32,000 nt of DNA from Pseudomonas aeruginosa (GTDB lineage Bacteria > Pseudomonadota > Gammaproteobacteria > Pseudomonadales > Pseudomonadaceae). The notes beneath the pieces are model-generated. The model did no database searches and was not told the DNA's origin. It saw nothing but the letters and a program-made list of their open reading frames with translations. This document shows positions 26,083-32,000 of the stretch, in pieces (the first letter of the stretch is position 1; each line of letters opens with the position of its first letter). The stretch spans positions 3,060,001-3,092,000 of the forward strand of contig NZ_LN831024.1 in assembly GCF_001457615.1 (NCBI RefSeq). Reading direction: 5' to 3'. The translations under genes were made by a program, and so were the position numbers.

Positions 26083-26211
26083 CGATAACCGTCTAATCAA
26101 AGCTGCTCATACGGCCATTTCCTACGGTTATCGCTCCAGGTATCCGACATCCGCTTCCACTCATAACCCCAGGCTATCGGTGTATGCCTTATTTTGAGTG
26201 GACGCTTATCG
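26083..26211. promoter_or_regulatory. Candidate operator array in the divergent promoter region
   Basis: Perfect 10-bp inverted repeat CGATAACCGT (26083-26092)/ACGGTTATCG (26124-26133), plus TCATAACC (26161)/GCTTATCG (26204) and an extra CTATCGGTG (26174). ATAACCCCAGGC at 26163 is identical to 21217. Confidence 0.5.
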
Positions 26212-26240
26212 GTGCGCTTCGCACACTCCGCTCTACCCAT

Positions 26241-26256
26241 AACAACAATGACAACC
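26241..26256 (+). promoter_or_regulatory. CA motif upstream of the TctC-like gene
   Basis: AACAACAATGACAACC about 12 nt before the start codon. Confidence 0.5.
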
Positions 26257-26267
26257 AGAGGTCCTCC

Positions 26268-27281
26268 ATGCGTACCGCATATGCGCGCTCCGTCCCCTCC
26301 TTCCTGGCCGCTTGCGCCCTGCTCTGCTGCACCACCCTGCCCGCCCTGGCGGCTGCCTGGAAACCCGAAGAGAACCTGGAGATCGTCGTCGCCGGCGGTC
26401 CCGGTGGCGGCACCGACCAACTCGCCCGCCTGGTCCAGTCGGCGATCAGCCAGAACAAGCTGCTCGACGTCAACACCGTGGTGCTGAACAAGGGCGGCGG
26501 CAACGGCGCCGAAGCTTTCCTCGACCTGAAGCTGGCCAAGGGCAACGCGCACAAGCTGGTGATCGGCACCAACAATGTCTACCTGCTGCCGTTGGTGGCC
26601 CGGCTGGGCTACCAATGGACCGACCTGACGCCGGTGGCGGCGGTGGCCGAGGACGACTTCATCCTCTGGACCTACCAGGCGGCGCCGTGGGCGGACGCCG
26701 CGGCGTTCCTCGCCGATCTGAAGAAGGACGCGGCAGGCATGCGCTTCGGCGGCAGCCAGTCGAAGGACGTCGACCAGACTCTAAGCCTGCTGCTCGGCAA
26801 GCAGGTCGGCGGCAAGCTGACCTACATCCCCTTCAAGAGCGGCAGCGAGGCGTCCATCCAGTTGGCCGGCAGGCACATCGCCGCCAACCTCAACAACCCG
26901 GCGGAAAGCCTCAGCCAGTGGCGCGGCGGCCAGGTCCGGCCGCTCTGCGTGTTCAGCCACGAGCGCATGATCTACACCGCCAAGGTCGCTGCCGAGCAGT
27001 CCTGGGCGGACATCCCCACCTGCCACGAGCAGGGCCTGGGCATCGACCAGTACCGCTTCCCGCGCACCGTGTTCCTGCCCGGCGGAGTCAGCGACGAGCA
27101 GCGCGCCTTCTACGTCGAGTTGATGCGCAAGGTCAGCCAGACCGCCGAGTTCAGGGACTATGTCGAACGCTCGGCGCTGGCGCCGACCTTCCTCGCAGGC
27201 GAGGACCTGGTTAGCTACATCGAGAAGGACCGCCAGCGCGTCATCCCGCTGTTCCAGGAAGCCGGCTGGCTTCGCCAGTAA
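26268..27281 (+). CDS. TctC-family (tripartite tricarboxylate-type) periplasmic substrate-binding protein
   Basis: 337 aa with signal peptide; VAGGPGGGTDQLARLVQSAI; followed directly by TctB- and TctA-like genes. Confidence 0.87.
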   Translation: MRTAYARSVPSFLAACALLCCTTLPALAAAWKPEENLEIVVAGGPGGGTDQLARLVQSAISQNKLLDVNTVVLNKGGGNGAEAFLDLKLAKGNAHKLVIGTNNVYLLPLVARLGYQWTDLTPVAAVAEDDFILWTYQAAPWADAAAFLADLKKDAAGMRFGGSQSKDVDQTLSLLLGKQVGGKLTYIPFKSGSEASIQLAGRHIAANLNNPAESLSQWRGGQVRPLCVFSHERMIYTAKVAAEQSWADIPTCHEQGLGIDQYRFPRTVFLPGGVSDEQRAFYVELMRKVSQTAEFRDYVERSALAPTFLAGEDLVSYIEKDRQRVIPLFQEAGWLRQ

Positions 27282-27308
27282 CCCGCGTAGCGCGACCAGG
27301 AGACGAAC

Positions 27309-27839
27309 ATGTCCAGCTCATCCGATGCGCCGCTGGTCGCCACCCGCTGGGTGGAGATCGGCCTGGCGCTGTTCACCGCCGCGCTCGGCGCGATCGTCAT
27401 GTACGGCAGCCAGGATATCGGCATCGGCTGGGGCGACAGCGGCCCCGAGGCCGGCTATTTCCCCTTCTACATCGGCCTGCTGCTGAGCGCCGCCAGCCTC
27501 GGCAACCTGCTCTTGGCCCTGTGCCGCTGGCGGGCGCTGGGTACCTCGTTCGTCGCCCGCACGGCCTTTCGCCGGGTGCTTGCGGTGTTCCTGCCGATCG
27601 CCGCCTACGTGGCGGCCATGCCGTTCGCCGGGATCTACCTCGCCTCCGCGTTGTTCATCGCCTGGTTCATGTGGCGCGACCGTAGCCGCGACAAACCCTA
27701 CGGCGTGCCGCTGATCGTCACGCTGTCCTGCGGTGCGGCGCTGGCCAGCTACCTGGTCTTCGCCGTCTGGTTCAAGGTCCCGCTGGATGCCGGAATACTG
27801 GTCGACCTTGCGGCCTTCGTCGGGAGCGCCAGGCCATGA
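27309..27839 (+). CDS. TctB-family small membrane subunit
   Basis: 176 aa, about 4 TM segments, DSGPEAGYFPFYIGLLLSAASLGNLL. ATGA overlap with the tctA-like gene. Confidence 0.85.
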   Translation: MSSSSDAPLVATRWVEIGLALFTAALGAIVMYGSQDIGIGWGDSGPEAGYFPFYIGLLLSAASLGNLLLALCRWRALGTSFVARTAFRRVLAVFLPIAAYVAAMPFAGIYLASALFIAWFMWRDRSRDKPYGVPLIVTLSCGAALASYLVFAVWFKVPLDAGILVDLAAFVGSARP

Positions 27840-29356
27840 GCGAATTCGATTCCCTGATGCAGGGCATGAGCCTGGTCCTCAGCGCCCATCACCTCGGCCT
27901 GATGGTGATCGGCGTGCTGCTCGGCATCCTGGTCGGCGTGCTGCCAGGCCTCGGTGCGCCGAACGGGGTGGCGCTGCTGCTGCCGCTGACCTTCAGCATG
28001 TCGCCGGTGTCGGCGATCATCCTGCTTTCCTGCATGTACTGGGGCGCGTTGTTCGGCGGCTCGATCACCTCGATCCTGTTCAACATCCCCGGCGAGCCGT
28101 CGTCGGTGGCCACCACTTTCGACGGCTACCCGATGGCGCGCAACGGCCAGGCCGGCGAAGCGCTGACCGCCGCCTTCACCTCGGCGCTCCTCGGGGCGCT
28201 GGTCGGCGTGCTGCTGCTGACCTTCCTGTCCACCCATATCGCTCGCTTCGCCCTGGCGTTCAGCTCGCCCGAGTTCTTCGCCGTCTACCTGCTGGCGTTC
28301 TGCACCTTCATCGGCATGAGCCGCAACCCGCCATTGAAGACCCTGGTGGCGATGACCATCGGCTTCGCCATGGCCGCCGTGGGCATGGATACCGTGTCCG
28401 GCGAGCTGCGCCTGACCTTCGACCAGCCCTGGCTGCTTTCCGGGCTGAGTTTCGAGGTGGCGGTGATCGGCCTGTTCGGCATCGGCGAGATCCTCTGCAC
28501 GGTGGAGGAAGGCCTGGTGTTTCGCGGCGAGCGCGCACGCATCACGCCGATGGTGATCCTGCGTACCTGGGCCAGGCTGCCGCGCTACTGGCTGACCTGG
28601 CTGCGCAGCGCGCTGGTCGGCTGCTGGATGGGCGTCACTCCGGGCGGCCCCACCGCCGCCTCGTTCATGAGCTACAGCCTGGCGCGGCGCTTCTCGAAGA
28701 ACCGCGAGAACTTCGGCAAGGGCGAGGTGGAAGGCGTGATCGCTCCGGAGACAGCCGACCATAGCGCCGGCACCAGCGCCCTGCTGCCGATGCTGACGCT
28801 CGGCATCCCCGGCTCGGCGACCGCCGCGGTGATGCTCGGTGGCCTGATGATCTGGGGGCTGCATCCCGGGCCGACGCTGTTCGTCGAACAGCACGACTTC
28901 GTCTGGGGCCTGATCGCCAGCATGTACCTGGGCAACGTGGTCAGCCTGATCGTGGTACTGGCGACCGTGCCGCTGTTCGCCTCGATCCTGCGGATTCCGT
29001 TCGCCATCGTCGCACCGATCATCGTCATGGTCTGCGCCATCGGCGCCTACTCGGTGCACAACGCCATGCTCGACGTGGTCCTGATGCTGCTGTTCGGCGC
29101 GCTCGGCTACCTGTTCAAGAAACTCGGCTACCCCATCGCCCCGCTGGTGCTCGCCGCGGTGCTCGGCGACAAGGCCGAGGACGCGTTCCGCCAGTCGATG
29201 CTGTTCTCCGACGGGCAACTCTCGGTGTTCTGGTCCAACCCGCTGGTGGCCAGCCTGACCGGCGCGGCGCTGGCGATGCTGCTCTGGCCGTTGCTGGCGC
29301 GGTGCGCCGGGGCGCTGTTCCGGCGTGGCCGGCGGAGTCTCCGGCATGCCGCCTGA
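27836..29356 (+). CDS. TctA-family large membrane subunit
   Basis: 506 aa; GVLPGLGAPNGVALLLPLTFSMSPVSAIILLSCMYWGALFGGSITSILFNIPGEPSSVATTFDGYPMAR. Confidence 0.92.
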   Translation: MSEFDSLMQGMSLVLSAHHLGLMVIGVLLGILVGVLPGLGAPNGVALLLPLTFSMSPVSAIILLSCMYWGALFGGSITSILFNIPGEPSSVATTFDGYPMARNGQAGEALTAAFTSALLGALVGVLLLTFLSTHIARFALAFSSPEFFAVYLLAFCTFIGMSRNPPLKTLVAMTIGFAMAAVGMDTVSGELRLTFDQPWLLSGLSFEVAVIGLFGIGEILCTVEEGLVFRGERARITPMVILRTWARLPRYWLTWLRSALVGCWMGVTPGGPTAASFMSYSLARRFSKNRENFGKGEVEGVIAPETADHSAGTSALLPMLTLGIPGSATAAVMLGGLMIWGLHPGPTLFVEQHDFVWGLIASMYLGNVVSLIVVLATVPLFASILRIPFAIVAPIIVMVCAIGAYSVHNAMLDVVLMLLFGALGYLFKKLGYPIAPLVLAAVLGDKAEDAFRQSMLFSDGQLSVFWSNPLVASLTGAALAMLLWPLLARCAGALFRRGRRSLRHAA

Positions 29357-29423
29357 GCCTGCGTCTGGCGGCGGGGTGGATTTCTTGTCACCCTGGGTCT
29401 CCCCGCCGCCAGCGAGATACGCC

Positions 29424-30371
29424 ATGTCCCGGATTCCCGACGCCAGCATCATCCACAGCCGCCTGCGCCTGCGCCAGTTGCGCCTGATGCTGGCCCTGGA
29501 GGAACTCGGCTCGCTGCGCCGCGCCGCCGACGAGATTGGCATGACCCAGCCGGCGGCGACCAAGATGCTCCACGAGGCCGAAGACCTGCTCGGCGTCGAG
29601 TTGTTCGAGCGTTTGCCGCGCGGCATGCGCGCGACGCCTTTCGGCGAGACGCTGATCTATTACTCGCGGATGATCTTCGCCGAGCTGTCCGGGATGCGCG
29701 AGGAACTGGTCGCGCTGGAATCCGGCAACCTCGGCCGGGTCACCGTCGGAGCGATCCCGGCGCTGGCCTCGAGCCTGCTGACGCGCACCATCGCCACCCT
29801 GAAGCAGAGTCATCCACGGCTGTCGATGAGCATCCAGGTGGACACCAGCGACGTGCTGGTCCAGGCCCTGCAACAGGACCAGCTGGACGTGGTGCTCGGA
29901 CGCATCCCCAGCGGCGCGCGCACCGACGACCTGGTGTTCGACAGCCTCGGCGAGGAAGAACTCTGCGTGGTGGTCGGCGCGCAGAACCCGTTGTCGCAGG
30001 CACGCAAGCTGGACTGGGGCGAGTTGCAGGAGCTGACCTGGGTGTTGCAGCAGCACCCCAGCCCGATGCGCGGGATCGTCAACCAGGCCTTCCACAATGC
30101 GCGCATCGACCTGCCGAGCAGTATCGTCGAGACCACCTCGATCATGACCCTGCTCTCCCTGCTGCAACAGACCGACATGATCGGCATCACTCCACGCTCG
30201 GTGATCGAGGACTACCCGGGCAAGCACCTGCTGGCGATCCTGCCGATCCAGCTGGAGCCGCGCCTGCCGCCCTACGGCCTGATCACCCGACGCAACCGGG
30301 TCCACTCCTCGGCCATGCAGACCTTCATGGCCAGCGTACATGCCGAACAGGCGCGGCACCTGGCGAAGTGA
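29424..30371 (+). CDS. LysR-family transcriptional regulator, likely regulator of this cluster
   Basis: 315 aa; N-terminal wHTH LRQLRLMLALEELGSLRRAADEIGMTQPAATKMLHEAEDLLGVELFER. Confidence 0.9.
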   Translation: MSRIPDASIIHSRLRLRQLRLMLALEELGSLRRAADEIGMTQPAATKMLHEAEDLLGVELFERLPRGMRATPFGETLIYYSRMIFAELSGMREELVALESGNLGRVTVGAIPALASSLLTRTIATLKQSHPRLSMSIQVDTSDVLVQALQQDQLDVVLGRIPSGARTDDLVFDSLGEEELCVVVGAQNPLSQARKLDWGELQELTWVLQQHPSPMRGIVNQAFHNARIDLPSSIVETTSIMTLLSLLQQTDMIGITPRSVIEDYPGKHLLAILPIQLEPRLPPYGLITRRNRVHSSAMQTFMASVHAEQARHLAK

Positions 30372-30452
30372 GCGGCACTAGCACAAATGAGCTAATAGCC
30401 GCGAGCCGGCTGGACCTCTAACATCCTGCGGCATTTCAACGGAGTGAATGCC

Positions 30453-30929
30453 ATGCCCTCGATCAAGCCCTTCGGTCTCGCCCTGCTCGTCCTCGGTCTC
30501 AGCGCCTGCGCCTCCCTCGGTCAGTCGGGGAATCGCGACAACGAGGTCAAGGTCGCCGCGCAGAAGCTCATCGGCCAGCCCGCCGGCAAGGCCTTCGAAC
30601 TGTTCGGCAAGCCCGACCAGGGCCTCGGCCCTTCGTCCTACGGTAGCGGCGGCTTCTACGCCTGGAACCGCGTGCGGACCCACATGGGGCCGGACAAGGT
30701 CTTCATACAGACCGGCACCGAGTACGTCGGCCAGCGCGAGACCTGGGTCGGCGTCGGTGGCCAGGGGGTCGCCGGCATGGCGCCGGTGAGTAGCGAGGCG
30801 GTCTATCGCAAGACCGGCTACTACGAGAACGAGACCATCCTCGACTATTTCTGCAGCATCACCCTGTACACCGACAGCCGGGACATCATCACCAACGCCA
30901 GTGTGATCGACTGCCGGGACAGCCGCTGA
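30453..30929 (+). CDS. Hypothetical lipoprotein (158 aa)
   Basis: MPSIKPFGLALLVLGLSACASLG lipobox; GGAG upstream. Upstream in-frame GTG at 30444 is an alternative. Confidence 0.75.
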   Translation: MPSIKPFGLALLVLGLSACASLGQSGNRDNEVKVAAQKLIGQPAGKAFELFGKPDQGLGPSSYGSGGFYAWNRVRTHMGPDKVFIQTGTEYVGQRETWVGVGGQGVAGMAPVSSEAVYRKTGYYENETILDYFCSITLYTDSRDIITNASVIDCRDSR

Positions 30930-30947
30930 CGGGGCCGCCGGGCCCCG
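30930..30947. terminator. GC-rich hairpin right after the lipoprotein stop, weak terminator candidate
   Basis: CGGGGCC-gccg-GGCCCCG, followed by CTTCCTTCTC (no continuous U-tract). Confidence 0.35.
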
Positions 30948-31044
30948 GCCTTCCTTCTCGACGACGAACCCCCGACGCGGAAGCCCTGCGGATCATGGCG
31001 TTACGCTATCGTTTTTTATTTCCTTGAATCCTTGTTTTCATACC

Positions 31045-31067
31045 TCTTATTTCGTCTGGAAATAAGA
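31045..31067. promoter_or_regulatory. Palindrome in the AT-rich upstream region of the ABC binding-protein gene
   Basis: TCTTATTTC-gtctg-GAAATAAGA, 9-bp perfect arms with a 5-nt centre. Confidence 0.45.
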
Positions 31068-31227
31068 TAGATCGATTCATTCTTTTCTCCCGACCCTTGG
31101 CCCCTGCCAAACTCCCTTCGCCACGGGATACCCCCGCGCCGACATGGCGGCATTCCCATCCGGAATGTCCGCCCCACATTGCAAGGCCCTGATCGTCGAT
31201 CGCGGCCGACAAGGAGCTGGAACTTTC

Positions 31228-32000
31228 ATGAAGAAACTCCCCGCCATCACCGCCCTCGCCCTCGCCCTGATCTCCGGCCTGGCCCAGGCCGACCGCCTGG
31301 AGGACATCCGCAAGGCCGGCGTATTGCGCGTCGCGTCCTTCGACAGCAACCCGCCGTTCGGCTTCGTCGACGCCAAGAGCAAGCAGATCGAAGGCCTCGA
31401 CGTCGACTATGCCAAGGCCCTGGCCGACAAGCTGGGCGTCCGGCTGCAAGTGCTGCCGACCAACCCGGCCAACCGCATCCCGCTGCTGACGGCGAACAAG
31501 GTCGACCTGGTCCTGGCCAACTTCACCATCACCCCGGAGCGTGCGCAGCAGGTGGACTTCAGCATCCCCTACTTCTCCTCCGGCCAGCAGTTCATCGTCA
31601 AGAAAGGCACCCTGACCTCGCCGGAAGTCCTCAACAAGTGGCGGGTCGGCGTGGACAAGGGCACGGTCAACGAAGGCGTGCTGCGCGAGAAGTTCCCCGG
31701 CGCCAAGGTCATCGCCTACGACGACACGCCCTTCGCTTTCACCGCCCTGCGCAACGGCCAGGTCCAGGCCATCACCCAGGACGGTCCGAAGCTGATCGGC
31801 CTGCTGGCCAACGTGCCCGACCGCGACAAGTACGAAGTGCCGCCCTTCACCATTTCCAACGACCTGATCGGCGTCGGTATTCCCAAGGGCGAGAAGGCCC
31901 TGACCGAGTTCGTCGACAAGAGCCTGCGCGAGCTGGAGCAGGACGGCCAGGCGCAGAAGATCTACGACACCTGGTTCGGTCCGCAGACCAAGACCCCGCT
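31228..32000 (+). CDS. Polar amino-acid ABC transporter periplasmic binding protein, 3' truncated by the window edge
   Basis: AAGGAG before ATG; MKKLPAITALALALISGLAQADRLEDIRKAGVLRVASFDSNPPFGFVDAKSKQIEGLDVDYAKALAD. Frame stays open to base 32000, so it is missing from the ORF track. Confidence 0.87.
   Translation, partial: MKKLPAITALALALISGLAQADRLEDIRKAGVLRVASFDSNPPFGFVDAKSKQIEGLDVDYAKALADKLGVRLQVLPTNPANRIPLLTANKVDLVLANFTITPERAQQVDFSIPYFSSGQQFIVKKGTLTSPEVLNKWRVGVDKGTVNEGVLREKFPGAKVIAYDDTPFAFTALRNGQVQAITQDGPKLIGLLANVPDRDKYEVPPFTISNDLIGVGIPKGEKALTEFVDKSLRELEQDGQAQKIYDTWFGPQTKTP

Noticed and set aside
27749-29626. 625-aa minus-strand ORF over the TctA-like gene
   Set aside because: Antisense artefact rich in H/R/Q/D/G; TctA motifs are unambiguous on the plus strand.
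1-32000. Search for tRNA, rRNA, CRISPR array, transposase, integrase, toxin-antitoxin or phage-defence genes
   Set aside because: Nothing in the listed ORFs or visible repeats supports any of these. The accessory nature of the left half rests on gene context only.

Overview
The window looks like Pseudomonas aeruginosa chromosome: an accessory left half (about 1-15.5 kb) is joined to a catabolic/transport region (about 15.8-32 kb) whose gene order resembles PA2217 to PA2204 of PAO1 (recalled, not checked by search). Left to right it contains: (1) the 3' part of an EctB-type diaminobutyrate aminotransferase, followed by an imine-reductase-like NAD(P)-binding protein and an untracked 50-aa membrane micro-ORF; (2) a complete levulinic-acid-type (lva) operon, lvaABCDE plus ActP-like symporter and DUF485 genes, with divergent sigma-54 activator lvaR and a good -24/-12 promoter; (3) a compact MCE transport locus: half-length PqiA, a 6-MCE-domain PqiB and an unknown periplasmic protein in the position where PqiC might be expected; (4) a sugar-acid/lactone catabolism cluster: KGSA dehydrogenase, AraD1-like FAH-family protein, rhamnonate-dehydratase-like enolase, MFS, OprD-family porin, PdxA2-like, COG3618 lactonase-like, second MFS, TctCBA-like transporter, LysR; (5) a lipoprotein and the start of a polar amino-acid ABC binding protein. 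The most interesting non-coding signals are a repeated AACAACAA-type motif (Hfq/Crc-like) at translation starts of both catabolic regions, a repeated GGTTATCG half-site architecture at the two likely promoters of the sugar-acid cluster, a 15-codon ORF coupled to lvaE, and a 26-bp near-perfect palindrome near the accessory/core junction. No tRNA, rRNA, CRISPR or transposase was recognised. Start codons were revised from the ORF track where a ribosome-binding site or family knowledge supports it. Motif coordinates were counted by hand and may be off by 1-3 nt.
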